The position numbers were made by a program, and so were the translations under genes. The notes under the pieces were generated by a model. The model saw nothing but the letters and a program-made list of their open reading frames with translations, made no database searches and had not been told where the DNA came from. This document shows, one piece after another, positions 11,581 through 25,079 of a stretch of DNA of 64,000 nucleotides (positions within the stretch are counted from its first letter, which is position 1; each line of letters begins with the position of its first letter). Source of the stretch: Lama guanicoe (lineage: Eukaryota); assembly GCA_013239625.1 (NCBI GenBank), contig MU053934.1, forward strand, positions 6,652,399-6,716,398. Direction: 5' to 3'.

Positions 11581-14500
11581 AAAGATATGTTCCAGTTGGT
11601 TGCTGACATCTCCTGGATTTGCTTTTTTTATATTCAGTGGGTTATCTTTTTCCTAGTTCCTGCCTCAAATATAGGCAGCCTAAAAAGAGACAAAGAAAGA
11701 CACAAAAAGAGAAAAACGGAGAGAGCTAGGCTGGAGAGGAGGCCCTGAGTTCTTCCCGCTGAGCCGAGCTGTCCAGGCACTTGGGTGGGGGTGGAACCGC
11801 AGCAGAGGCTCCTCAGAGAAGGGAGATGGGATACCAGCGCGGGCCCTGCCTCCACCAGCTAGACAGGCTTGGGACAGTTAATTAATTTAAGCCTTGATTT
11901 TTCTCAACAGTAAAGCAAGGGTAATACCCAGATGGGAAAAGAGGAGGAGGGTGGAGAATCTTTTAAGAAAATTAACAAAACAAACCAAAACCTCCCCCAA
12001 TCAACCCTGAATGTGCTTGACAATGAAGAAAAAGAGTATTTTTTAAATGACAAGTACGGTATTCCTAAGACACCCTATATAAAAATGGAAGGAAAAAAAG
12101 TTCCAGCAGCCACCCCAGGATGGCCCCCTGAACAGAGGCCCTCTGGGCTTATCTGCAAGGCTCTGGGCAGCACAGACATCCAGAAGCCAGCTTTTAAAAC
12201 AATCCACTGCTAGTGCTTACACCCAGCAATGCTGCCACTTATGTGCACTGGTTTTGAACATTTATGTTTTTAATACAGCATTTTTCACAGGCCAGGCACA
12301 GCATTTAACCACTTTTCCCCCCACCCTCGATTGTCTGTTTTAATATGGACACTGTATTGATGATAATGTTCTCTAAACATGTACTTGTATCAGTACAGGT
12401 ACTAGTAATTATTTTCTATCAAGATGCCCACAAAATTGAAAGTTTTAATTATCACATATGGAATGAACTCCAAACGTGGATGTGGTGGGCACAGATACTA
12501 GCCATTCACTATAGCTTTTAAAAGCTCTGTAATTCCCTAATTTTAATTCTCCTGGGTTTATAGTCTTCAGGTTTGGCAATAACAAATTTAGAGAGGCAAA
12601 ACAAAGCAATTTCCCAAATAAAATGCATCCACTTACCACAATTTAAGTTAAAACCAGTCATCATCTCCCCTTTCCAGAATATTAAATAAAGCGTTACAAA
12701 AGAAGGCTTGGTTTAATTGTTTTTTTCCCTCTTGTTCTTGAAACGTATACTGCTATGTTAATATACATGTTTCATAACTTCATTTATGAGAAAGTCAACA
12801 CAGGCCTCACTAATGATGTTTCTTTGACTTAAAACAGACCTTGGTTTTTTTCCTGAAACATAGTTTTGCACTTTACCTTACCCACAGGTACATATACTCC
12901 GTTTAAAATAGTTCTAATCAGAGGCTTTCTTTTACAGCCAGAGAAGAGAACTGTAACTCTGTTGAGAACCTTATATATTTTGTCTAAGGGGAGTTTCTAC
13001 ATGTTAGGAAGAAAAGGGATGTGTGCCTTTAAGAAGTTAGAAAGGAAGTTTAGGCAGTAATTAGCAGGTTTGCTCTGAGTAGAAGCTGAGAACCTGAGAA
13101 AGGCCAACCCAGCAGGAGGAGGAGCCCCATGGCAGCCCAGTAAGAAAGAGAACAGCCTTTTCTCCAAGTGTAGAGACAAACGCTTTTATTTTATAGACAG
13201 TTTAAAACATTGAAATTTAAGTTGCACAAGACTATATCCTAATTTTTTTTAACTCTTTGCTCAAACAGTGGATTGCCTTTTGAGCTTTCTGAATCTATAA
13301 TGGTATCTTTTTAAACGTATCTTTCCCACCGGGAAAGTGACTCTTGGTATAATAACCCTGCTCCTCTCCACCGCCCGTCCCACCCAGGAGCTGGGTCTAT
13401 GCATCCAGAAAGCTGCTCGTCCACGAGGAGCTCATATTTACCTGTTTACAATTTTAGTGGCAGAAATGATGACTGTGCTGCCCCAACAGCCTCCTTTAAT
13501 GACATCTCAAATCTGTGCAGCTTACATTGACTTAAATCTCCAAAGAAGTTCCAAACTCTTGGAGATCTTTTCCCTTCTTTTCACTGCCTCTCCTCCTACT
13601 TGCATCTGTCCTATTCCTTCTTAGCCAGATCTGCTTCCACCTCAACCATCCCCATCTTTCCAACAGAACAACTGAGTTTCCCAATCAAGAGCTTCTCAGC
13701 CAAGGCCACCCTATTCCTGGAAGTGGCAAGTTCTTCAAGGGCAGGGGCAGCCTGAAAAGGGGCAGACAGCAGAAGCACTTTCACATGGGGGCAGAGTGCC
13801 AGCAGAAAGGAACTTAAAAATGAGGATGTCTTAGCATATTTAAGCTACTGCCAATGCAACTACCCATAGGGTCACTGGTCCCCACACCCTAAAGCCAGCC
13901 GGCCAGATCTCTCCAACCCTCTCAGCATGCTTTATGGGGCCATTTAATGAGGTGATAATGTGTGAGACACCTCACAGGGCATTTCAGGTCACTCACAAGC
14001 CTTTTCTTCCCAGAACCTCTTCACTGAAAGGAAAAACTTGGTCCAAACATAGAATGGAAACTTTGGTACCTAAGTTAGTTGAATAGCTTATGATCTAGCT
14101 TTAGTTGACTAGCTAAACACTGAGTTTTCAGAGTTGACTTCAGTCTGTCACCTGCCTGGCCATCACCTGAAGTCTGTGGCCACCACCTAGAAAGACTAAA
14201 AGAGCAGCATCTGAGGGGATTCTCACCCACAAGAAATTCTAACAAGCGTTGGCTCAATCCACCTTCGTGGATGTGGACATTTTCCTTCTTCCAGAGCAGG
14301 AAAATACTCAGCAAGAAGCCAATCCTCACTTCAACAGATGAAGAAAATGTGAACTTGAAAGTAATATGACCAAGAATTAAATCCAACACCTACCTTCCCC
14401 ACCTACAATTTTTAACGTCAACTGACATTATGACAGGTATCATTTTTCCCCTTACAACAACCTGATGGGTTAGTCCAGAAATTATGCTGGGAGAGGGGAA

Positions 14501-15789
14501 AGTGACTTGTCTACCATTACAAGAAGTCAATCCCTGTGAATATCTGGATGAAGAATAAAACGAGACCTACAAGGTTCTGTAGTCATTACTCCTTCCCAAC
14601 AGTCTCTCTGGTGTCTTCGAAGACCATCTGTTGGGGAAATCCAAGAGCTTCTGTTGCTCTCTTTCCGGTCCTTGTTTCCTTGTTCTCTGGGCAGCCTGGT
14701 TAGGGCACAGTGTTTATGTGATGAAAGGTGGTTCCATCATAGGGTTTTCTTTCATGAGTGAGATTGCAAAGCAACAGAGGATGGGATTAGCCAAATTACA
14801 GAAATTTCCTTAAGATAAATTGATGACTAAGAGGTTTCAGAATCCCAGGTCAAATTAAGGTACTAAAGGCAACAATTGGTTGTTTGCTGCTGGTGGTGGT
14901 GATGGGGGGGGGCAGTGAGTATGTATGTGTGTGTTATTTCCTGGGTTTCTGAGAGTTGATTTGGAAGATCTTGAAGGGAGAGTCTTCCAGATCTCAGTAA
15001 CAAGATCTTGTAGGCAAATTCACCTTAAACGGCACTCATTTCTCCAAAGTGGGGGTGGACTGGACAGTTGGGACAGTTACAGGAGAACAGAATTCCCTTG
15101 CTGGAGAGGAAGCATCCTTGGAGGTAAATGGCTTTAAGGAGGAAAAAGCTTGCAGCACTGCAAAGCCTCGCTTGCCAGGAGGCAGCAGCAGCAGTTTGTA
15201 AAGATGCTGCCCACACCCACATGGCAGCCCTGCATAACGTTCCTCAGTCTCCACTGTGGATGCTTAGCCTACACCCCTGGCCTGATGTGTCAGACAGAGG
15301 AGCAAGTCTTTTCTTGGAGAGTACCTGGTCCAAATGATTGTGTGCAAATACTAATGGCTGTTTTTGTCCACCTGTGAGGGATGAGGGGCCCCAGGCAGTG
15401 ACACTGAGAGAGCCAAGAAGGAGCTGCTCAGAGTAGAATTAAAAGTGTGCTCCAGGCGGATTGTGAGTTTCAAAGGGCCCGATGATGGAGGGCTTGGGAA
15501 AGCAGGAAGGTGTGGATCCTGACGTGTGCCCATTTCTCCCACCCCTCACTTATCAAATCCCTCATCATTCTGATCTTTTGGCAAGTCCGAGGGCACCATG
15601 ACGATGGACGGGCCCAGCCTCCAAAGCCTTCCTGACTCACCTTTCCCCTCACCCAAGTTAGGTGCATCTTGATGCTTACACAGATCCCACACCCTTCCAG
15701 CATGTACACATGTGCTGGTCTAAGCTCAACTGGAGCTGCGCTTAGCTGTAAGAAACTACCCATCAGAAATTCCTTAATTCAGAAATGGT

Positions 15790-16650
15790 CACTTACATGT
15801 CTAAGAGGGAGCCATCTCACACTTAACATGGACATAATACACCTCCTGATTTCCCCACCAAACCTGTTCCTCCTCCTGGGCCTCCTGTTTCAAATGGCAC
15901 CACATTCACCCAGTTGTTCCATTTCCACTCCTGCCCACAGCCACAGGGGTTAGTCCTGCTGACCTCCCCAACCTCATTACCCTCTCCTCTTATCTGCTAC
16001 CGTCTCACCACACTGGCTTTCTTTCTGTTCCTCAGATCCACCAAGCTCTGTTCCTCCCTGCAGCCCCCGTACCCTCTATAAATACTCTCTGATCTCAAAG
16101 TCTACCTCATATTATTCCCACCTCAGGTCCTCTGGGGACTTTACCTGGACCTCTGATCTAAGGCAACTACCTGGTTACTTTCTATCACATTGTCTTATTT
16201 TAATTACAGGCACTGACTTGTTCCCACCACAGAACAGATGCCAACTAGTATAGGGTCCAAGTAAATCAGGGCTGTAAGCTGGCATTGGCATAGCCACACT
16301 TGGGTATTAGAAGGATCACTTTAGAGGATGGATAGAAGGGGGTCAAAATAAAGGGTAGGGAGACCAATTAAGATGCTACTGTGATGGGAAAAGATGATGG
16401 TTTGGCCCAGGGGTGGTTGACAATGAAGACATGCGAGATTTGAGTTATTTAGGAAATAAGAACAGTGACGGCCTGAATAGGAAACAGGAAGGAGGGAGAG
16501 GAGTCTGTGATGGCTACAAGGGTTTTGGTTAGGGCAGAAGAGGGCACAGAACTAGGCAGGGGACACTGGTGTCTGCATATGTTGGTTCTGAGTGAGGCCA
16601 GTGGGCAGCTGGACAGACAGGTCTGGAATGTGAATTCTGAGTGTCATTAG
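15790..16650. mobile_element. L2 fragments
   Basis: catctcacacttaacatgg..., cacactggctttctttctgttcctc and gggcagctggacagacaggtctggaa are L2-like motifs. Confidence 0.55.
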
Positions 16651-18339
16651 CTCATACTCTCATACAGGGACTGTTCCTCTCCCTTCTGAGTCAAAGTGGA
16701 GGCTGCCCTCTCGGTGGTCAGTCTAGGATAATAATCACCAGTGTTAGGACTCTGAGGTGACAGACCTCTGGATCTCACATTTCTGTCGCAAAGGACACAC
16801 ACTGAAACTCACAACAAAACGTCTGGTGATGGTTCCCTGTATGCTGTGTCTCACGGAGAATTACGGGATGAGCAATGAATACTACCACGGTTGTCCATCT
16901 CTCAACCATTATCTTTTTTTTGCTAAAACTATAAAATAGCATATAGAAAAAACTCCATCTCACTATCAAAACACACTTCAACATCTCTCTTCAATTTTTT
17001 TAACAGAAAGATTAAAATCCTAACCAGCATTTCCACAGATGATTTCCAATTACTACATGCTTTTAAAAATACTTTAAATAACACCTAAAGGCCCATCTTC
17101 TACCACTGGACATTATGTTGCTTGTTACACATCTCCTTCTTAAGTCACAGGGTCATGTGTGCTGATCAGCCCTGAGTCAGGCACTACAGAGGATTGCAGG
17201 GCTGACCCAGAGAACTGATCTGGTGAGGAAGACAGTCACAAAATACAGTACTAAGTGGCACAACACTGGGGACTTGCTGCTTGGGGAACCAGGTGACAGG
17301 TGAGATGGCTTTTTAAATCAATGTGCTTTTCATGAATGATAGGTGGATTAAAATGCCCAGGCATGCTGGGAGGTGCAAAGTCTAGTGTCAGCAAACAAAC
17401 ATATTTTGAGGGGCTGCCTTTTCAAAGCATTAATATATTTTGATTCCTTCGAGAGAGAACTCTCCCTAGAAGCAAGCAAAGAGAACCACCTGTCAATTAT
17501 CCTATTGCTTATCTTGACCAGCTTTAAGTATTTTTGAATGAAAAAACAAAATAGCTTTCAAGCAAACCAAGGACCTACATCTAACATCCATCTGAACCAA
17601 GATTTAAACCTCACAGGCACTGTTTTCAAACTCTGGAACCACCTGGCATCTCCACAGAGCCAGTAACAATGAATATGCCTGAGAGATGTTAAATGAGCAT
17701 ACATTTTACTGGAAACTCTTCCACTAGCTGCTCAGTGAAACAGGTAAGAAATAAAATGCCTCCATAGCCGATGTCACTGCAGCTGGGCCGCACTCCTGCA
17801 GAAGGGACCAGTACCACTTCAGACTTGGAGTTCATGATTTTGTTGACATCAGTTTTGTGTGTCTGCTTATGTGGCAGCTGTTGCAGTTCTGTTCTGGACA
17901 GCAGTATGCCACCAACATACTCAAATCAAGTCAGTCATAAGCACACACAGCCAAAGTCACTCCACTGTACCTGGCTTACTGGGACAGGTCACATAGAACT
18001 GAATTTTCTCTTTGGTTCAATTTCTACTCAATTAGCTTAATGACAGGAACACATCTTCACTAAAGTGACATGTGAGGACACTTTCCAGGACTGACACCAG
18101 CCCACAGTACTTAAAAACCACCTCAATACAAAAGCCTCTAGGAGTAGTTTGGAGCACACCAAGGAAGCTACCTGATCTCCAGCAAAGTTAATTATACCCC
18201 AACTGTCCTCTGTTTCCATCCTATTTATAGATGAGAAAACTATCTAAGAGCTCTCCCGATGCCTCGTTTAGGTGGCCCTCCTGAAGAAATGACTTCTACA
18301 CATCTGAATTTTTCAGGTAACTGAAGTTATTCAGACCAG

Positions 18340-18830
18340 GAAAAATATGCATAGAAAACAGACAACAAATTGAGGAGAAACACTGAAATTCCAAATTAAT
18401 GATCAATGGACATAAAGCATTAAAATAGGAAACAACAGCAATATCACTAATACAAAAATGAAGTCTAAAAGAAACTAAAAGTTAAAAAGGAATCCAGTGC
18501 CTTTGAGACTGTAGTAAAACGTGGACTCACATTTTTGTGGATGATCCTAGTTCGATATGATCCTTTCTAGTCATACCACAAGACAATGCCTACCAAAAAC
18601 CATAAAATAGTCACACTTTTTGATTTAGCAGTTCGACGTCTGGAAAATTTCCCCCCAGAAAAACTCCATGAATAAAAATGTTTACACTGAATAACTAACT
18701 GGAAACCTTAATGTTTGGCAGTGTGGGAATATTTAGATAAATTCCATTACATATTAAAACAAAAAACATAGATTGATATGAAAATTAAAATTACAAAATT
18801 AGGTGAAAAAAGCAACATGGAGACCTGTAC
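18340..18830 (+). mobile_element. Very old L1 (L1ME-like) fragment
   Basis: A-rich, decayed L1 3' motifs (cactttttgatttagcagttc, tagataaattcc). Confidence 0.45.
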
Positions 18831-19879
18831 CCATAGTGTAAGGGTAGAATCATAATGAGATCCATTTCAGGTTTGTTTCGAGGTTTGTATGTGACAGTTC
18901 ATGTACAGTGCTTAGAAATACACATTAGCAATCATTATCACATCTAGTAAAATAAGCCCATGGACAAAATCTAGAAAAGAGGCCAATTTGTTGGGTTATC
19001 AGAATTGGGACTGACTTTCTTTTACTTAAAGTATTAGTCCATCAATACGAATAACACTGTTGTTATTACCTTCATGTAAATAAGCAATAACTTTATGAAA
19101 GGTATTTCATCTTTTCACAACTTGGGAGTAAGACTGGGAACCTCAACCCCACAGACAGTGCCCAAGCGCCTCCCCCAGATCCCATGGCCCATCTGCCAGG
19201 CCTTCTCTCCTCCCCTTTCCTATGTTTCCTGTCGTCTCCTCTAAGCAGACCTTCCTCAGGTCCTCAAAAGACAAGTATCCATCCACAGTGACAATCTCAA
19301 CCTCAGAGCCCACTCTGTCTGGTCTCAAGTCCACACATAAGACCTTAAGCCACAGTCTGGAAGTCTGAGAATGTAGGGTGCTGCTGTGCACAACAGAGCT
19401 TTTCTCAGGCCCACACATCAGCCCTTCCTCACTGTAGTCAAGTGCAATCTGCAATTCCACTGTGTGGTCAATGAAGTCAGTATCTTGGAAAAATTACTAG
19501 AAAACCAAAACCAGTACACTACCCTTCTGCTCCCCCATCATATTTTAGGCAATAATTATAATGATAAGCTTAATTTCTTTCTCTGACACCTTTTAAGGGT
19601 TCTATGCGGGATTTTTTTTTTAAATGACACAGATTTCATGATTTCCTACTTCTCCCCCACTTTTTTGCAGCTTGAATTTACCAGTCTTACATCTACTCAA
19701 AAAGCTAAATGCAAATCAGGAAGTACTTACTAAGAAGACCTAGAGTGCTGACTGAGCTAAAGTGCTTTCACACCTGATACTTCCTTCCGTCTGCTACACA
19801 TCAGCCACAAAACGAAATGTCTCCTCTTTCTCAGTCCCTTCTGTTGTTAAGTGTCCCGCCCGCCCTCACACCCACACTG

Positions 19880-20240
19880 AGTTGCTTGCTGGGCTAGAAA
19901 CCTCAGCTTCGTCCCTCACTTTCCTTTACTTGTCAGGTCTAATCAAGTTTCTAAATTCTATCAACTTTAAATTCCAAAATGTTTCTAACATCTGCCCATC
20001 CCTTCTGATTCCCTTTACTACCGTTCATTCAGCCCTTATCATCTCTTGTACAAATTAACGCCACAGCCTCTCACCTGGTTGGCTCACTTCACCTCTCCTC
20101 ACATCCTACCTGAGCTTTCTTCATAAAACAAAGACCTGATCGTGTAATTTTACATGCTTACAAATTGCCAGTGGCTTTGTATTGCCTATATATGAAAGGC
20201 TAAATTCTAAGACGACAGTAGTCTTCCGTAGTCCACATAC
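19880..20240. mobile_element. L2 fragment
   Basis: ttccaaaatgtttctaacatctgcccatccctt...cttatcatctcttgt...acagcctctcacctggt. Confidence 0.55.
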
Positions 20241-21914
20241 ACTGCACATGGTTAACTATTTGGGGTGGGAGGTGGAGTGTGTGTGCCCTGAATCAATCCA
20301 TGAATTCAGTTATTCTGGATCTCCCTTATAGTGCTGACCTGTCAAAAATGCTTATTTAAAAAACTTTATCACTGGGTAGACTCTACTGTGGCCTTTAGTA
20401 ATCACTATTAAAAATTAACCAACTCACAAGAATATTAAATGCTTTTTACTTAATGTGCAGGCAGATTTTATTCCCTTCCATTTGCCTCCTCTCCTTTGAG
20501 AAATCTAATTCCTGAGAGTGTTTATGTGGACTAATGTTATTTCATGAGGTGGTAGTTAATAGTGCACCTTAAATACCACACACCCTGCTTCCCCCAAACT
20601 TGAGTTTCCCACAAGAGTAACAAAAATGAGGAGAAACTGTTTCACACACAGGACAACTTAGCTATCCAGGAGGATATGTTCTGAGACAGACCACTAACTG
20701 TGCCAGGATGGAAGGACACACAGTTTGCAGCTGACTGAGGTTAACAACAGGAACACGTCTTCACCAAAACAACTGTGAGGACACCACTCTAGGGCAGACA
20801 CCAGCCCACAGTACATGCCAAGTATTTCTCTACATATTTTCCAAAGAATAACTCATTTAATGCTCAAGACAACCTTCTTTACAGCAGGTGCCATCAGTTT
20901 CCCTAAGGCAGAAAGGTGAGGAGGATCTTTGAGGGCAACTACTAAGCTGACTGGATTTTCTCTTATCTGACTTCTTACCAATACATAGGAAGATGGGAAG
21001 AAACTGGTCTGCAGCTGTGTACTTCAGGGTCCTGCAAAACTGGCCTTGGCTTGGGCTGAGGGGGCAGGAGCTCCACTTGTCTAAGTGTTGGATGAAGGAA
21101 GCTCAAGCCCTCGTGCAGGAACTGTGTGGGGCAAGGCTTTGCTTTCTGCACGAACCCCGCAAACCTTCCTGACAAAGCCCAGGAACCGCGTGCCCCAGTG
21201 ATTCTCTTCACACCAGCTGGGGGACCTGGGTCGAGGCTCACTCATCTGTGGAGTGAAGGTCTCTCCCAGCACTAACCAGACTTTTACTGGTTTTCTAACA
21301 AGGCTCAGATGTTTGTTGAATTGAAATGAGTATCTACTTTCACATACTATTTGATCATCTCAGTTCTTTGAACATACAAGCAATAACTAGTTTAACATCT
21401 CAGGGATGAATTATTTGATTTAATAAACAGGATTTGTCAATATTCTTATTTATGATTCTTTAGTATTTTCAAAGAATGGTCTACCCCCTTAAAAGTTTTA
21501 CTTAGAAACAAGTGTAATACTTCTCTCATCATCCCGCCACCTCAAAAAGAACTAAACAGTCTAAGGAAATTGAAAGTCTTTCAATTTGTCATGATTCATC
21601 CGGTAAGGTAATAAAATTCAAATCTGCATATTTCATAGGAGGTTCCTCAGAATTTAGAAAAACCAAATTCTGAAAGAAAATTAACCCTTTCTCCAGAGGT
21701 TCAGTGTCAAGGCCATCATGCAGTGATATAAAAAGAGATACCACACAGCTAAATGTTAAGAAAAAATGGTAATAAGACAATCACACAACTTTCTGCTGTA
21801 TGCTAAAACTAATGGGACTAGAGAGATGAACAGGCCATGGTGCCTCACTGCATCCCGCAGACAGGCTGTGACAGAAGTGAGCACTGTGATGGCAAAGACC
21901 AAGTGCCTGCCAGC

Positions 21915-22100
21915 GAGGGGGCAGGGACGGGAAGGAGGGAGTGTAAGGAAGGGGGGAGGGGAATGAGGAGAAAGGATGTGGGAATGAGAGAGGGAGGGGG
22001 AGAGGAAAGTAGAGGGGGAAAGCAGAGGGGTACAGGGGAGGGACAATCACTGGAGAGGAAGATACTGGAGTTAAGGGCAGAGATGAGGAGTTTAAGGAAG
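21915..22100 (+). repeat. GA-rich low-complexity tract
   Basis: Strongly purine-biased with multiple G runs. Confidence 0.8.
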
Positions 22101-22559
22101 GCTTCAGCAGGATCTGGGCTGGTGGCAGCATCCCTGCTGGGCTACACACTCAAGGATGTAAGATGGGAGGGGTGCCGCCAGCCCAGGTAGTGAAGGTGGG
22201 GAAGAGAACAAGCACAGGTCAGCAAAGCTAAGAGCTGCAGCCTCAATGAGATCTCTGAAGGCCTTCCCAGCCCTAAACCTATCAAACAGGTTTTCATACA
22301 CCAAGTTATCTGCATGCCCATTTAGAAGCAATTACCTCTGTCATACTATCCATGTCAGGGGCCATTGTGGATTCACACAAGCACACCAAGGTAAATAAGC
22401 AGAGGTTAAAGTTAGACAAAACCAAAGAGGACTGTGCAGTCCCACACTTAGAAAAGGAAAGAGAGTGAAGGCGGCTGTTTGTACAGGAATGTTCTGGTTT
22501 TCAGCAATTTTCAGAGTAGTGTGATGCTTATGGGGAGAAAGGCTATTGTCTCTTGAGGA

Positions 22560-22960
22560 CTTTGTATTATTTTGTTATAATATCATGCTTGTCAAAACAC
22601 CTGATAAATACACAGGCCAAAACGGATGTTTAATCAAATATATGTGGCCTTATCAACATAATAGGATTGAGAGCGTGCTTATTAAGCAGACCAAAATTGA
22701 AGGCATCTGCTAAAACCTATGATAAAACTAGACTCAAAGTGACCTTGACAAATTGAAACAGCATCTATCAAATTAAATTTAAAAAGGCAAGTTACTGTAA
22801 TTTTAATTTGCTCTCAAATACATTAAGAAAAAGAGAATAAAAGCTAGGCAAGTAAAACAGAAAAGGATCTTGTAGTCATAGCGGAACATCAGCTCCAAGA
22901 GCCAAGAAGCACAATTTTATAAACCATTTTAAAAATCAACACATCGTGGGGCTATACTAC
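22560..22960 (+). mobile_element. Ancient L3/CR1 LINE fragment
   Basis: gcagaccaaaattgaagg...ctcaaagtgaccttgacaaattgaaa...gaaaaggatcttgtagtcatagcgga resembles CR1 RT C-terminal coding sequence. Confidence 0.5.
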
Positions 22961-23259
22961 CTGACCATGTGTCACTAAAGTCAAGTCATCCTTTATTCTG
23001 AGGGTAATGGAATGGTTATCTTCCCCTTTCCTATCTCACTGGGTGGCTTGTGAGAATAAAACAGATGCACAGTGTATTGAAAAACTAAATTCAATATACA
23101 AAGCTGGCATTCTATTCTAAAAAAGGGATATAAAATAAACAGAATGGGATCAAGGGAAGAGAAAGTTAATATTTCTAAAGGGCACTGATATAGTGAGTGA
23201 GCACAATATAAGGAAATAAACTTAAAGCTGCAGTATTGAGATTTACATAAGATTGGTCA

Positions 23260-23309
23260 CAAAACTAATAGAATGTTATATGTCAATTACATCTCAATTT
23301 TTTTAAAAA
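23260..23309 (+). mobile_element. 50-bp L1 extreme 3' end
   Basis: aaactaatagaatgttatatgtcaattacatctcaa plus tail; TSD aagattggtca (23249-23259) / aaggttggtca (23310-23320). Confidence 0.75.
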
Positions 23310-24347
23310 AAGGTTGGTCAACTGTTCTGAAATGTTATTAAAGGAGATGGTGGAGTCTGCAGCCCCGATGAAGCCGTCACAGAACCCCAAAACCTAAGTG
23401 GAGAGCCTCTACAATACAGAAATATAAGGACAAAAATACCCGTTTTTATGCCTTTTACCTTTAAAAGGAAGCATTCTAACTTTTTATCACCTAGAACATA
23501 TAATTAATTTGAAGCACTTCTGAAACAGATGAGGCTTCAATCAATATTTTAAAAAACAAAAACTACTTTGAAAGACTACTACTTTTCCCTGCCTAATGTG
23601 CTTCATGTTATTTTAACCATTTAGTTAATGAAAGCTGTGAGGAATGAGTTAGAGAAAGAGACTGATTTATCACAGTTAGTGTATTTGTTCCAATTACGAC
23701 ATTCCAGATTTTATTTTGGGATCAAAGCTGACAAGTAATAGACTAAATTGTCACTTCCTGAAGACATGATTCCTGATGAGAAATTTTAAAAGGGAGCCTG
23801 TTTTTTGGCTTTTTCGGGGATGGAGGGGCTGTCATTTGGGTGGTTGCGTTACTATCAGGTGTCTTCTACTTTTTATAAACTAGACATGGACTGAGACACG
23901 GGATCCAGTGATTTGGTGGGAAGGATTTAGCCTGCTGATTACTGGTTACCAGTTACTACTAGAGAATGTTCAAAAGTTTACACATAAAAATTACTGAGAT
24001 GTTAATAATATTCTATGTTGAAATAAAGAAAACACTGGCAGATGGACAGGGACATATACCAAGAAGTACCAAGTAAACAAAACAGATCAACCCACCAAAT
24101 ACTGTAACTTTCAGAGGAAAGTTGGCAAGCAGGCCATCAACCAGGACACGATGATGATCAATGGATTACTGAGTGCGCAGAACTGACTAAAGAATGTTGT
24201 ACCTTAGGATCCTAAACGTTATGTCCCTTTAGGACTTTTGCATTTTAAAATGCCACTGTGTCTAAGAAGTAAATCTATTTTAAACTTGGGGTTTGGGAGT
24301 GACACTGATGATGGAGAAGGGAAGGAGGGAGAAAAGAGATCCTGTGT

Positions 24348-24373
24348 GGGGTTGGGGGTTGGGGGTTGGGGGG
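24348..24373 (+). repeat. G-quadruplex-forming motif G4-TT-G5-TT-G5-TT-G6
   Basis: ggggttgggggttgggggttgggggg read directly. Confidence 0.8.
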
Positions 24374-25079
24374 AAGGTCTTGGAGGGAAAGGCAAGCTCC
24401 TTTGTGTGGATGAATTAGGATGTTCTAATTTAAAATACATGCAAATTTCACATTAATTACATTTTGATTATACTTTACTAGCACTTCCTTTTTTTATCAG
24501 ACACTGTTATCAATTCTGGGGATAGTGCAATGATAAAATATAGTGCTGTGTGGCGAGATGTGGTAGGGAGGGAGAGGACAGTATCAAGTGTCCAAAAACA
24601 CTATAATCCTGGCTTATAAAATCATTATTTAACTGTGAATGAAAGTCATCTGTATTTGTCAAGTATGGTAAGTTTTAAATATAAATTAACACAAAAAACT
24701 CTCATCTGATTAAACATAACAGACAATACACATTTATATATGTTTCCTTTCCATAAAAAAAAAAAGGGGTAAACTTATAAGACAAATTCATGAGGATGTA
24801 AAGAATGGGAAAGGACACTAACACACAGACGTCCAAATTCTGGAAACCAGAAATAGAACAGACAGAGCAGGTGATTCAGCTGACTGAAAGGAAGCAGAGA
24901 GAAGGGTACACCTTGTGGCACAGAGCCTAGAGGCACAGGTGTCTCAGAAAGTTGGGAAACAAGAATGGGGCCGGAAACCAGAACACTGGCTCAAAGATTG
25001 CATGATGAGTCAGGCCCCCAACTCAACCCAATCTGACCAGGTTACTGTCCCCTCAGAGGGATATTCAGAGAAGAAAAAG

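Noticed and set aside
15128..15337. CQEA motif resembling the next TCF20 exon (KCSHCQEAG...)
   Set aside because: Wrong strand and no further similarity. The real downstream exon was not found in the window.
17166..17205. 9-bp inverted repeat tcagccctg/cagggctga
   Set aside because: Short isolated stem; plausible by chance in 64 kb.
24150..24190. ATGATGA...CTGA...CTGA, box C/D snoRNA-like
   Set aside because: Only ~36 nt between the boxes, no terminal stem, and antisense to the host transcript.
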